Shown one piece after another: positions 39,701-48,862 of a DNA stretch of 64,000 nucleotides. Every line of letters begins with the position of its first letter. The stretch's first letter is position 1. The notes under the pieces were generated by a model, which ran no database searches, was not told the DNA's origin, and saw nothing but the letters and a program-made list of their open reading frames with translations. A program made the translations under genes and the position numbers. The stretch is taken from positions 62,001 through 126,000 of IMG/VR virus record IMGVR_UViG_3300024503_000485; one strand, given 5' to 3'.

Positions 39701-42700
39701 GTTGGCTATTTAAAACAACCTGTGTTGATGTGATTCCTCTTCTATATGAACTTGCGGTTTTAATAGACATATAATTAGAACCAAACAAGAAGTCATAGTA
39801 TAATGCATCAATAATATATCCTGTATCTCTCTTACATAGAGTTTCATCATATGATAGAGTTGGGAAATATTCGTTAATATATTCGATTGTTTCTGTTTGA
39901 ATATATGATTTTGCAGCAAGAATTTTAGCACCAGCAGTTAACAAACCTGCGGCTGGCCATGTAATATCTGGAGCAACGGTTGTTGGTGCTGTTCCAGTGT
40001 TGATTGTGTCATAAATTTCTTGAACACGAGTCTGTGCAGTTGTCGCTGCACCTGCTGAGCCAGCTGTACCTGAAGTATCTTGTGTAGATGTGTTTCCTGT
40101 AGACTTAGTCCATCCGCCAGTATTACCAGTTGCAATATTGTCAATAATGTCTTTGATTCTATTAACGGTGGCTAATAGTGCTGTTTTTTGACCTGCTGGT
40201 TCTACTAATACTCCGTTACTATAATAAGCACGAGCGGCAATTACGGTTTGTAGATTACCGCCGTATGTTAAATCGTATACAAGAGCGTCTACAATGTAGC
40301 CCATATCACGAGTACATTTTGCTTTATCTCCTGCGCTTAATGCTGTCCAAACAGCATTATAGTTTGTATTCATATATGCTGAAACTTCGTCTTGAATAAA
40401 AGACTTGTTAGCAAGAATTAAACGAGCCGCATTTAGATAGCCTGCATCTGAAGCATTGTTAGATCCGCCTGTTGGAGTTGGATATACAAATGCTGATGCA
40501 TACGAATCTCCAAGTTCAATTACTTTCTTCATTTCTAAGATATTACTATCTGTGAATAAAGTAGCTGCTCCGGTGCCTGTGCCTGCTCTTTGTCCTGTTG
40601 TATTCTGTGTTTCGCTGTTTCCTGTTGTAGGTGTCACAGCAGTATTTGTAATAATATCATCAACAATAGATTGAATACGTTGAAGAGCTGATATAGATTT
40701 AGTTTTTTCATTAGCTGAAATTACACTTGGTGATGCTTCAGTTCTTGTTCCACGTAATTCATCTCCAACCACTGCGGTATTTGCAGGTACGATAATTGGT
40801 AATGTTTCATAATAATGGCCGGTTTTAACAAAAATTGTAAAGTGTGGAATTTCTTCTGCTGGAAGAGAATCTGTATCTCCGGCTGTGATTGCATCTGTTA
40901 CTATAGAAACTAAAGACGAAACTAAGTCTGATGCATCGGTTTCGGCTGTATAGTTTGTGTCAATTACCTGTTTAATTCTGTTTCCTACAGAAATACCATT
41001 CAATGTTTGATAATTTGCAGCAGGTGCAGCATTAGATAAAATGCTATCCATCAAACTTACACCGTAATTAATTGCAGCAACGGTCTGAGCTTCTTGTCCG
41101 CTAATATAGCTTGCGCCTAATGTTGTAAAATAGGCTTGAGCAGCTTCTATAGTTTTACCATTTCCTGTATGAGAAATATCATAGACAATAGCATCTACTA
41201 ATAGACCCATATCTCTTTGGCAAATAGTTTTATCATATGAGAAACCTGACCAAATTCCTGTGCCTGCGGTAATTTGATAATCAACCCATTCAACAATTTC
41301 TTTCTGAATAAATGTTCTGTTGATAGAAAGTAGATATTTTGCATTTGGGTATTCAGTACCTGCTTCAACTTGTTGAGCAGCATATCTTACACTTGCCCAT
41401 GGTTGGTCAATGGTTAGACCAAATGTTGGAGCAGGAGTGTTTGTTCCGTGAGGGGCAACATAATAAACTTTTGATACACGACCAAAGTATGCCCATGCTG
41501 GATAACCACCATCTACTGAAAGTACCTGACCTTCGTCGCCTATTGGTAATCTTGTTGGGCCAGATCCTGAATAATAAACTAAGTCGCCAGCAGTAGTAAG
41601 TACGCTTTCTTCGTTACCTGCTGTTAATAAATTCCAATAAGTTCCAAGAGTGTCGTTATCTGGACGGCTTGGTGTTGATGCTGTGTGGGCTTGAACACAA
41701 ATATAAGAATTTGGTCCATACTTAACTGCGTCGCCTAAAATATAAGCCGTTGAAGTTACCCATGTGCTTCTCCACTTGATACCTTCGTTTAATAAACTCC
41801 AATACGATGCGTTTGGCGGTCTTTGGTTTGAATTATCGGCTGTGGCAACATAGGTAAAACCGCCGTTACGAACAATTTCGCCAACTTTATAAGATGCACC
41901 AGACGACCAATCGCCAGCAAGTCTAAATCCTGTTGTAAACAAATCCCAATCTGTTGAATTAGTTGACGGTGCAAATCCGCCAGCAGATACATGATCTGTT
42001 TTTGCAATATAAGTATTTCCACCGTAGCGAACAATATCGCCGGGTTGATATGTTGTACCTGAAGTCCAATCGCTTTCAAATTCAACACCTTCAACAAATT
42101 GATTCCATTTAGCAACATCGGTTACAAAACTTGCTGCTGCTGTGTGGTCAGTAATACAAATATAAACGCCACCGCCATTTTTAACTAGGTCGTTGACCTT
42201 GTATCTTGTTGCTGTAGTCCATGCACCTTTGTATTCAACGCCTTGATTAAAATAATCCCACTTGCTTTGATCAGCTTCTAATCCAAGAGCAACGGTAGCA
42301 GCTGATGTATGATATTCGTTACATACATATGTTGTACCGCCGTACTTGATAACATCGCCTAGTTTATATCTAGTAGATGATGTCCATGCACCTTTCCAAT
42401 CAAGTCCTTTAGAAAATAAATCCCACTTGCTTTGATCAGCTTCTAATCCAAGAGCATTTGTACCTGCGGCAGTATGTGCGGTGTTACATAGGTAGGTGTA
42501 ACCACCGTACTTAACAATATCATTTACTTTATATGTTGTTCCAGCGACCCATGCACTCTTCCAATCAAAACTTTCTGCAAATAAATCCCAATCGCTTTGA
42601 TTATCTTCTAATGTCGAATCACTAGTATGTCCATTATTACAAATATAAACATAACCACCGTACTTAACGATGTCGTTTTCTTTGTAAAGTGTTGTTGCAG

Positions 42701-42917
42701 TCCAATCACCTTTCCAAACTTGACCGTCTGCAAACAAATTCCATTTAGTTGGAATATTATCTAAGTCTGTATAGAAATCAGCTGCTGCTGTGTGACCGAC
42801 TACGCAAAGATATGTACGTCCGCCATATGCAATAATGTCGTCTTTATAGTATGTAGTACCGGTTGTCCAGTCATCTTTCCATACAAATCTAATTCTACCT
42901 AATTTAAACTCTGCCAT
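33702..42917 (-). CDS. Giant tail fibre/virion protein (3071 aa)
   Basis: N-terminal ~50-aa W.G.W...Y..GD.V.YGG..Y.C...H repeats (CBM5/12-like), helical C.RD.GY repeats, beta-helix-like region, many AYS.DG.TW propeller repeats, conserved GRVFYTSTDQDGNFRVG C-terminus. Confidence 0.8.
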   Translation of the reverse strand: MAEFKLGRIRFVWKDDWTTGTTYYKDDIIAYGGRTYLCVVGHTAAADFYTDLDNIPTKWNLFADGQVWKGDWTATTLYKENDIVKYGGYVYICNNGHTSDSTLEDNQSDWDLFAESFDWKSAWVAGTTYKVNDIVKYGGYTYLCNTAHTAAGTNALGLEADQSKWDLFSKGLDWKGAWTSSTRYKLGDVIKYGGTTYVCNEYHTSAATVALGLEADQSKWDYFNQGVEYKGAWTTATRYKVNDLVKNGGGVYICITDHTAAASFVTDVAKWNQFVEGVEFESDWTSGTTYQPGDIVRYGGNTYIAKTDHVSAGGFAPSTNSTDWDLFTTGFRLAGDWSSGASYKVGEIVRNGGFTYVATADNSNQRPPNASYWSLLNEGIKWRSTWVTSTAYILGDAVKYGPNSYICVQAHTASTPSRPDNDTLGTYWNLLTAGNEESVLTTAGDLVYYSGSGPTRLPIGDEGQVLSVDGGYPAWAYFGRVSKVYYVAPHGTNTPAPTFGLTIDQPWASVRYAAQQVEAGTEYPNAKYLLSINRTFIQKEIVEWVDYQITAGTGIWSGFSYDKTICQRDMGLLVDAIVYDISHTGNGKTIEAAQAYFTTLGASYISGQEAQTVAAINYGVSLMDSILSNAAPAANYQTLNGISVGNRIKQVIDTNYTAETDASDLVSSLVSIVTDAITAGDTDSLPAEEIPHFTIFVKTGHYYETLPIIVPANTAVVGDELRGTRTEASPSVISANEKTKSISALQRIQSIVDDIITNTAVTPTTGNSETQNTTGQRAGTGTGAATLFTDSNILEMKKVIELGDSYASAFVYPTPTGGSNNASDAGYLNAARLILANKSFIQDEVSAYMNTNYNAVWTALSAGDKAKCTRDMGYIVDALVYDLTYGGNLQTVIAARAYYSNGVLVEPAGQKTALLATVNRIKDIIDNIATGNTGGWTKSTGNTSTQDTSGTAGSAGAATTAQTRVQEIYDTINTGTAPTTVAPDITWPAAGLLTAGAKILAAKSYIQTETIEYINEYFPTLSYDETLCKRDTGYIIDALYYDFLFGSNYMSIKTASSYRRGITSTQVVLNSQLAPTLATVDFIFAKVQEQLRLSTSALSIVNNAREIKDVLNNGLAYADSYVRPTPTGGTYGYTSGYYNAARLILANKSFLQAEVTAYMVLNYSSLWTSLGVSGQTACTRDIGYIVEALYYDLMYGGNLATVIAARSYYSNGTFVEPSSEKTAAIAVQNRLIAIITYIAQGNTGSWTKTTGNAATQDTTGTAGSSTAGTYAATRLTEIRDTINTGTTPSSVAPETTWVSATLSAANTTLQAAKTSIQTDAVQHIKREFATLDFDETLCSRDVGYIVDALGYDMMFGSNFLSIQNGMAYQRGLSSTGVVLASQLEATSRIIDFIGVRSALVAAGDAVSQVEILLSNIIGYANSGALPIVTGTNVPTKDLDVLNAAEILLLNKEFLAAEATAYINNTYKATVTATTSDDKLTCSSTAWMQVGDAVRFTGTTFGGVSTGTTYYIYSIISATQFKISTSESLTGALDLSAASGSMTMTFYYLSSYCQNDIRNYVEALAYDLKYTGNYKSALAARYYRNALTGSKLEDMYLVRNGCGVRNQTLLGLDGSSDGTTPGANPVSATGLLPANEFGTQRPLAGSYVSLDYGWGPNDDRVWVTNKSTYTQNVTTFGTAAVGQKIDGSLHNGGVDSMVSNDFTQVISDGIGAWVTNLGRAELVSIFTYYAHVGYLAENGGKIRGTNGNNSYGDYGAVAEGVDVTETPITGLINNRSTEADIRNVITDGNNILLLEYGNAGSDYHTGSYSISGAGYSAATRMGEFRDNGVFQVRLTDPGDSSGTGGTGYVTASNQAQAGNTTQITLAAADTATSSAYVGMAVYITAGTGAGQYGYINSYNAGSKVATVYKESTGTAGWDHVVPGTAIASSLSLTSTYVITPRLSFTAPAFTKSLSTLPASSTWTDIAFGDGYSTYTGLSGTTSGSGNLATFDVSRRNGVYSVTINSPGVLYAVGDTVTILGASLGGTTPTNNLTITVSTVSGVSGGITSVSVSGTAVTPKYVAIASGTASGAYSADGSTWTAMTLPASATWTAIAYGQVSTGVSYFVAVASGGTSAAYSTDGINWTSASLGTSASWSDVTYGNQKFVAVSRTSGSAYYSVSTTGTSWSTSTQSVDAVAVTYGYNRFVMIGGGFSRASAYSTDGSTWTVGATSLPANNDSTTSNWIDVAYGNGRYVAISDSSGNAAYSFDGATWTASTLPGIYEWSSINYGGGVFYVTSYGDYAATSEDGVTWTLRDGSHASLAISTTAKDTNPGSYTARTLPASAYWQDVIWTGSKFVAVGHDNVATPYAASSTDGETWTSVTLATPSSSWEYTAIAYNGSNQYIAVIANTRHLATSTDGVTWTGTTNAIPTQGQWSDMIYAGSKYVAISGGQNRTAYSTDGVTWLNGTISASSTEYTSIAYGQPGATAYYVVVTGITATSQLSAYSTDGITWTAGNTLPSADYWSSVVYGNGKFVTVAGGPNGTSTKAAYSSNGTSWTSATMPGAAARWYRVVYGGGAYTAFAYNSTRTAYSTDGITWVEGPALPATRNWNAAAYGNNRNVALPTTASSGAASINFVLNTNLITTSDTTANISVNDRVRFTGTTFGGVRNDTYYWVISVESTNTTQFSVSTSKGGSALVLSAASGTMTAVVAKEYVASALGSISGSPKWMVLAPTSPKAQGVVAGAKTRARAYVTNNQITEIWIHEPGSGYSSAPTMTITDPNNTGSDATVEIRVGDGALSQPIWTNRGTGYTAASATVTGDGYADNYQVSSYVGFKNLTDVPRAGSNVQIAGINDVWYRLVTVTGLIPNTDGTYNATLQLSPALGAAEAPDHETAISIRRRYSQVRLTGHDFLDVGTGNKTQTNYPDLPLQDPVPANETVGSEGGRVFYTSTDQDGNFRVGGLFNVEQSTGVATLNADAFNIAGLNELSLGSVALGGSGATISEFSTDPFFTQDSDSVIPTQRAIKAYITSQIGGGGSSLNVNTLTAGVVYIAGQTIATTTNVQININTKVNFKGGIAGDPLVLNYFLLNK
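34094..34145. repeat. 52-nt exact repeat, copy A (copy B at 43365-43416)
   Basis: caccaactctaaagttaccgtcttggtcagtacttgtgtagaacacacgacc identical in both paralogs. Confidence 0.9.
42254..42456. repeat. 38-nt exact direct repeat, 165 nt apart (42254-42291 and 42419-42456)
   Basis: aatcccacttgctttgatcagcttctaatccaagagca twice; encodes ALGLEADQSKWD. Confidence 0.9.
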
Positions 42918-42972
42918 TTATAGCTCCGTTATGCAAGTATTAATATTTATTCAATCCGTAAATGCTAGGTTT

Positions 42973-45900
42973 TTAAGTTCCTGATAAGAACTTAGATGCC
43001 ACTAACATAGTTCCGTCTATTCCTCGTTTAAAGTTTACTTTTGATGTAAAAATTAACTCATCCCCTGTAGTTGTGCCAAGTGCCTGTGGTCCAACTTGAA
43101 CAATACCAGCAACAAGTTGGGCTGTAACTGCGTCTGCACCACCTCCAGAAACACGTCTTTGAATATACGCTTTAATTGCTCTCTGTGTTGGTACAACATT
43201 GTTTGAATCTGCTGTAAACGTTATGTCTGTTGAAAATTCTCTAACGACAACGCCTGATCCACCAACGGTAACACCACCCAACCTCAATTCTTCTAGACCT
43301 TGTAGTTCAAAGAATTGAGCATTTAATGTAACCGTGCCCGTTGCCTGTTCAACTGAGAATAATTCACCAACTCTAAAGTTACCGTCTTGGTCAGTACTTG
43401 TGTAGAACACACGACCTCCATCGCGTTCTCTAACTTCATCTTCTGGAGCAAGAACGGTTCCGTTTGGATTTAATGTATCCGGGTAGTTAGTTGAATAGAA
43501 TCCTCCAAGACCGATATCTAAAAAGTCATGTCCAGTTAAACGAACCTGCGAATATTGCTGACGAATTTCAACCGATGTTCCGTGTTCTGGGCTTTCTTCT
43601 CTTCCTAGATCTTTAGCAATGGTTAATCTTGCGGTATAGTTTCCAATTGATCCGCTTAAGATTGTTGCTGTTAATAATTTATAAGTGTAATCGTCAATTC
43701 CAGCAATGTTTAAGTTATCGCCCGGTCCTGGAATTCTAGTCAAGTTATTAACAACTAAAGAGTCTCCAATTTGATATTGATCTTTATACCCGTCTCCTGA
43801 TACGGTTAATACGGTACTAGAAGTTTCGTAACCTGTACCTGCATTAATAATTGTAGGATTACCTAAAACTCCATTACCAATTCTAACTGCTGTAGAAACA
43901 TCTGAGCTGTTACTTGGATCTGTAATGGTCATTGCTGGTGCTGATGTGTATCCGCTACCAGGTTCCCAAATATTAATACTAGAAATTCTTCCTGCAACAA
44001 CTCTTGCTCTTGCCTGTGCTTGTACACCAGTGCTGATTAATCTACCAACATTGCTGTTAGTCGAGAATCCTGCAATTGCTAAGAATTTTCCTGGTTTCAT
44101 TGGGTTTCCAAAACATACTGCTGCCCAAGGTGCTGTTGTGCTTATCGATTGATAAGTCCAATTATAACCATCTTTTGATATTGCTATAGTATTTGTACCG
44201 GTTGCAACGGCAACAAACAGACCTTGACCATAAGTTACCTGTTGCCAGTTAGCCGCAGTTAGTGTTGATTCATACCATGTTGAACCGTTAAAACTAATTG
44301 AAACTTCGGTAGCACCTGCATAACCGCCTGATAGTGCTACCCAGCGATTGTTACCAAAGGCTAGGCTAATTGCACCTTGTGGTATGCTTGTGGCTGTCCA
44401 CGCTGTTCCATTTGTTGAATATGCAACCGCAGCACCTGCTGTTGAAGAATCACTAGCGGCTACTATAACAAATTTTCCCGAACCGTATTCGATAGCGTTC
44501 CAGTCAGCACCTTCTGGTAACGAAGATGTAGTCCATGTTGTTAGATCCAATGATGTAGCAACAATATTTTTGCTTCCAGAAATTGCTACCCATGTAGAAT
44601 TTCCATATGATACATCTCTCCAGTCTGTTGATCCCGGAATAGTCACCGATGACCAAGATGTGCCGTTAGTTGATTTTGCTACATAACCTCCTGTAGCAAA
44701 AGCTAATAATACTCCTCCAGTATATTTTATTTTTGTCCATAGTGCGGTTACTGGAAGTGTGCCGTTAGTCCAGGTTACCCCGTCGGCTGAATAAGCAGCA
44801 ACGTTGCTGTCAATAGCTACCGCTACCCAATATGTTCCATTGAATGCCAAACTACTCCATTGTCTGCTGTTTGGTAATGTAGTTGATGCTGACGTAAATC
44901 CCGGACTAGTAAATGTAATTCGTGGTTCAATTGCATAATTTGCTGTTGTGTTCAACGATGTTTGTATAGGAGTACCCTCAACAAGATGTTCCCACCCTGC
45001 TGCATGTAATAAGAATGAACCTGTAGCGTTAATTAGACCATATACTGAACCGCCTGACGATGTGCTAACTTTAATTTTGTTGTTTAATGAATCAATAGTA
45101 TGAACAAAATAAACAACATAATTAGCAATGTTTCCTATAGTTGTTCCAGAAAATACCACTGGTTGATTTACACTTAATGTTGTGGTGTCTAAAAGTGTAA
45201 TCCAGTTTCCTGATGAAGATGTTGCCGAACATGATATTGGGCTTGTAGATTCTTTAGCTACATAAACAACTTTTCCTGTTGCATCATAATCGGCAATATA
45301 TCCATATTGGCCAACACCTTGACCAGATGGAATTAAAATTCTCATTGTTTTATAAGTTGCAGCATCGTTTTCGTCTGATCCTGCAATTACAAATGTATAT
45401 GCATCAGTTGTACCTTGGCCGGCGTTGGTTGTAAACACATATCCAGAACCTCCTTCTGCAGACGAATCGCCTCTATTTGTAATTCTTACTTCGTAAACTC
45501 CACCATCTCTAATTTCATTACCTGAAACTTGTGCATTAATTCCAGAACCAACAATAGAGTATGAAGCACTAGAATAACCGTTACCGGCATGAGAATAAAA
45601 GACCTTCATTAATCCTTGGTCGTCGTTAACCATAGTCTGATACACATCTGCATCATAGTATCTATTGTTTACGGTGCAGGTAATTGGATCTTCTGTGGTA
45701 TTATATTTTTCAGATACAGCACCATAGGTTCCGTAAGAGCAGTTTCCGTTGGTTCCTCGGATCTTACCACCGTTTGTACATAGATAACCAATGTGGCAAT
45801 AATATGTAAAGATCGAAACACATTCTGTTCGGCCTTCACCGTTGGCCCATACACCAATACCGTCACTTAAAATTTGTGTGAAGTCGTTAGCAACCATTGT

Positions 45901-48471
45901 TTGATTGCCACCGGCATGAAGGTCTCCATCAATCTTAAATCCAACACAGCCTGTACCAAACGTAGTGCAGTTAACTACGAACGGTGACTTAGTTCCTACC
46001 CATACACTAGTATCAGTTGGTCCCCATCCCGGATCTAGAGAAGCATAAGCCCCCGCAGACGGTCTTCTTGTTCCGTATTCATTAATTTCACCGAGTGTTC
46101 CTTCGAGCCCAATTAATGTTGCATTTCTTAAACCGGTTCCGTCTTGTAACAAGAACATGTTTGAAGTTTTGTTCATTTCTGCATTGTTGCCGTTGATAAA
46201 AAAGTTTGCAGCATTAATGGTATAGAAATTTCCAGGATATCCTATATCGTGAATCAATGCTTCAACAATCCTAGTAACATCTTGCGTCCATCTAGCAGGA
46301 AGTTCTGCTAGAGTAGAATCAACAAAATTTGCTTCAATGTATGATGTTGTTTCACTAATAATAAACTCTTTATTATTAACTAGCTGATTATATGCATTTA
46401 ATCTTGCAGAAATTGCTGTTAATGTGTTTGTTCCAGAAAAAGTTACTGGGTTATAACTTTCAACTCTATTTTTAAATTGAGTTACTAAAGAGGTAATTGC
46501 TAACACTTCGTCGTCACCGCCAGGTGAACCACTGAAGTCTTGTGGAAGATGGCCATATACTCTAGTACCGAATGCTGGACTTTCTTCGTCAGTATCTCCT
46601 ATTACATCTTCTTTTACTATCAATGATGCAATAATTCCTATGTAATCAACAGCATCTAAAATTCTACTAATATAATCATTGCTGAATATATTTTCAGCAG
46701 GCTTAATAATAGTTCCACGAAGTTCGTCACCGACAATGGCTACAAATGCAGGAATTCTAATAGGTAAAATTTCTTCAAATACGCCTGTTCTTGCAAAAAT
46801 TGTTGCATAGCCTGTAACATTTTCTGTTGCATATCTAAGTGTTTTCCAAGGTTTTTGTGGAGATGTACCAGAACTTGCATCATCAGATCCGTGAGGTGCA
46901 ACATAATAAACCTTGTTTGATTCGAACATATTTTTCCAAGTTGGAAGGCCGTTCTCAACTTGTAAAACTTGTCCCTGTTCGCCAACTGGCAATCTAGTGT
47001 ATCCAACGGTACTGCCATCTTCTGTTGGGCCAAACATTCTTATGTCGCCTAGATTTTTTAATCGATTGTTTTTATTTCCGTCGGTAATTTTTTCCCAATA
47101 ACGGCCGTGTAAGGTACTTCCATCCTCAGCATCGTCGTCCGGTCTGTTTGTTTGATCGGATTCGTGATTGTCTAAGCATCTGTAAGAGCTAGAAACCCAA
47201 ACTACCGTATCACCTGCACGATAAAAAATGTTCGGAGTCCATACACCAACCCAACGAGAGCCGGGAATAACTAAATCCCAATATGCAGAATTTGTTGAGC
47301 TTCCGTCATTAAGAATATCAGGATCTTGGCCAATGCTATCTGAAAATGCTAGATATAAATTTCCGCCTCTTCGAACAACATCTCCAATTTTATATTGAAT
47401 AAATGCATCCCATGTTCCGGCAATTCTTGTGCTTTGAAATAATAATTGCCATGCTGTTGTCTGTGTTGATGGGTTTTGTCCGACTACGCTACTGCTCAAT
47501 GCAACATATAAGTTTCCACCGTATCTAACAATATCGCCTTGTTGATAATTTGTTGTTGATGACCAATTTACATCGTATTCTGCTCCAGGGCAAAATATAG
47601 ACCAATTACTAATATCAAAATTTGTAGCAGATAAATGAAATGTTGTGCAATAGTACAGATAAGAACCGTATTTTACTACATCATTAAGTTTATAGGTAAC
47701 GCTATCTTCCCATGTACCGACATATTCGTATCCGTTATGTAAAATACTCCATTTACCGTAATCAGCATTTAACCCTAGTGTATCAGAACCTGCTGCTTTA
47801 TGACCAACGGTACATTTGTAAGTAACACCACCATATTTGACAACATCATTTACTTTATATCGTGTGTTAATAGTCCAAGTTCCTTGCCAATCTAGAGAAT
47901 CATTAACTACGTCCCAAAAACTTTGACTATTTTCTAAACCAGATTCAAATGATCCGGCTGACAGGTGTGAGGAATTACAACGATAAGCAATACCACCATA
48001 ACGAACTACATCGTTTAATTTATAATATGTTGATGGTGCCCAATCTTCTGCCCAATTTTTTGAAGTGATTTGAATTGTCCATTTATCAGCATCTGCTGAA
48101 AAATATGAATCTAAAGTTGCAGAAGTTGGATTTTCAGGATCTGGGGCAGAAGAAGTATGACCTTCTACGCATAGATAAGTTGTTCCGCCAAACTTAACAA
48201 GGTCACCAACTTTATAATATGTATCGGTTTCCCAGTCTCCTAACCAGCTGACACCGTCTGCTACCAATTCCCATCTTGGAACTAATAATGGAGGAATATC
48301 ATTATTATAAAATTCTAAGTCAGCATAAAAATCAAAATTTGAAACGTGTGTTGTTAAACAGGTGAAAGATTTTCCACCGTAACTTACAATGTCATCAGGA
48401 TTATATCTTGTTGCAGGAGCCCATTCGCCCTGCCAAGTATATCTAAATCTACTTAATTTAAAATCTGCCAT
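42973..48471 (-). CDS. Large tail fibre/virion protein (1832 aa), paralog of the 3071-aa protein
   Basis: MADFKLSRFRYTW vs MAEFKLGRIRFVW; same N-terminal repeats, KVYYVAPHG, YSQVRLTGHDFLD, VPTQRAIKAYI. Confidence 0.8.
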   Translation of the reverse strand: MADFKLSRFRYTWQGEWAPATRYNPDDIVSYGGKSFTCLTTHVSNFDFYADLEFYNNDIPPLLVPRWELVADGVSWLGDWETDTYYKVGDLVKFGGTTYLCVEGHTSSAPDPENPTSATLDSYFSADADKWTIQITSKNWAEDWAPSTYYKLNDVVRYGGIAYRCNSSHLSAGSFESGLENSQSFWDVVNDSLDWQGTWTINTRYKVNDVVKYGGVTYKCTVGHKAAGSDTLGLNADYGKWSILHNGYEYVGTWEDSVTYKLNDVVKYGSYLYYCTTFHLSATNFDISNWSIFCPGAEYDVNWSSTTNYQQGDIVRYGGNLYVALSSSVVGQNPSTQTTAWQLLFQSTRIAGTWDAFIQYKIGDVVRRGGNLYLAFSDSIGQDPDILNDGSSTNSAYWDLVIPGSRWVGVWTPNIFYRAGDTVVWVSSSYRCLDNHESDQTNRPDDDAEDGSTLHGRYWEKITDGNKNNRLKNLGDIRMFGPTEDGSTVGYTRLPVGEQGQVLQVENGLPTWKNMFESNKVYYVAPHGSDDASSGTSPQKPWKTLRYATENVTGYATIFARTGVFEEILPIRIPAFVAIVGDELRGTIIKPAENIFSNDYISRILDAVDYIGIIASLIVKEDVIGDTDEESPAFGTRVYGHLPQDFSGSPGGDDEVLAITSLVTQFKNRVESYNPVTFSGTNTLTAISARLNAYNQLVNNKEFIISETTSYIEANFVDSTLAELPARWTQDVTRIVEALIHDIGYPGNFYTINAANFFINGNNAEMNKTSNMFLLQDGTGLRNATLIGLEGTLGEINEYGTRRPSAGAYASLDPGWGPTDTSVWVGTKSPFVVNCTTFGTGCVGFKIDGDLHAGGNQTMVANDFTQILSDGIGVWANGEGRTECVSIFTYYCHIGYLCTNGGKIRGTNGNCSYGTYGAVSEKYNTTEDPITCTVNNRYYDADVYQTMVNDDQGLMKVFYSHAGNGYSSASYSIVGSGINAQVSGNEIRDGGVYEVRITNRGDSSAEGGSGYVFTTNAGQGTTDAYTFVIAGSDENDAATYKTMRILIPSGQGVGQYGYIADYDATGKVVYVAKESTSPISCSATSSSGNWITLLDTTTLSVNQPVVFSGTTIGNIANYVVYFVHTIDSLNNKIKVSTSSGGSVYGLINATGSFLLHAAGWEHLVEGTPIQTSLNTTANYAIEPRITFTSPGFTSASTTLPNSRQWSSLAFNGTYWVAVAIDSNVAAYSADGVTWTNGTLPVTALWTKIKYTGGVLLAFATGGYVAKSTNGTSWSSVTIPGSTDWRDVSYGNSTWVAISGSKNIVATSLDLTTWTTSSLPEGADWNAIEYGSGKFVIVAASDSSTAGAAVAYSTNGTAWTATSIPQGAISLAFGNNRWVALSGGYAGATEVSISFNGSTWYESTLTAANWQQVTYGQGLFVAVATGTNTIAISKDGYNWTYQSISTTAPWAAVCFGNPMKPGKFLAIAGFSTNSNVGRLISTGVQAQARARVVAGRISSINIWEPGSGYTSAPAMTITDPSNSSDVSTAVRIGNGVLGNPTIINAGTGYETSSTVLTVSGDGYKDQYQIGDSLVVNNLTRIPGPGDNLNIAGIDDYTYKLLTATILSGSIGNYTARLTIAKDLGREESPEHGTSVEIRQQYSQVRLTGHDFLDIGLGGFYSTNYPDTLNPNGTVLAPEDEVRERDGGRVFYTSTDQDGNFRVGELFSVEQATGTVTLNAQFFELQGLEELRLGGVTVGGSGVVVREFSTDITFTADSNNVVPTQRAIKAYIQRRVSGGGADAVTAQLVAGIVQVGPQALGTTTGDELIFTSKVNFKRGIDGTMLVASKFLSGT
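43365..43416. repeat. 52-nt exact repeat, copy B
   Basis: Identical to 34094-34145. Confidence 0.9.
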
Positions 48472-48477
48472 TTATTA

Positions 48478-48852
48478 TTATTCCTCTGATGATCCGTTAT
48501 CATAGACATAACCTTCATTAACACGAACAACTAATTCACCTTCTTCATTAATATAATAGAACATTGGACGATCGTCCCATCTATACTGAGTATAGTTTAA
48601 ATTTTCGTAAACAGGGTTATGGTTAACATCTATGCCTTCAAAAAAATCTACACCAGTTTCAAAATCTGTGTAATTATTTTCTTCTAAACCTGGATTATTA
48701 ATTGTAATAATTCCTTTATCTTTAACTTGGTCAACCCTAGCTAAAAATAAACTTCCATTTTCATTTTTTCTTAGTCCGTAGAAAAATCTAGGAGTGTCGC
48801 CTAGGCGTGATACCGGATCATCGCCTAAATAATAATTATTTCCGCCTGCCAT
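48478..48852 (-). CDS. Hypothetical virion protein
   Basis: 124 aa; FFYGLR...QYRWDD..FYYINEEGELVVR; GGAG SD. Confidence 0.65.
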   Translation of the reverse strand: MAGGNNYYLGDDPVSRLGDTPRFFYGLRKNENGSLFLARVDQVKDKGIITINNPGLEENNYTDFETGVDFFEGIDVNHNPVYENLNYTQYRWDDRPMFYYINEEGELVVRVNEGYVYDNGSSEE

Positions 48853-48862
48853 CTTCTACTCC

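Noticed and set aside
29755-48471. Diversity-generating retroelement acting on fibres/adhesins
   Set aside because: No reverse transcriptase in the window and no template/variable repeat pair differing only at adenines; the repeats found are exact.
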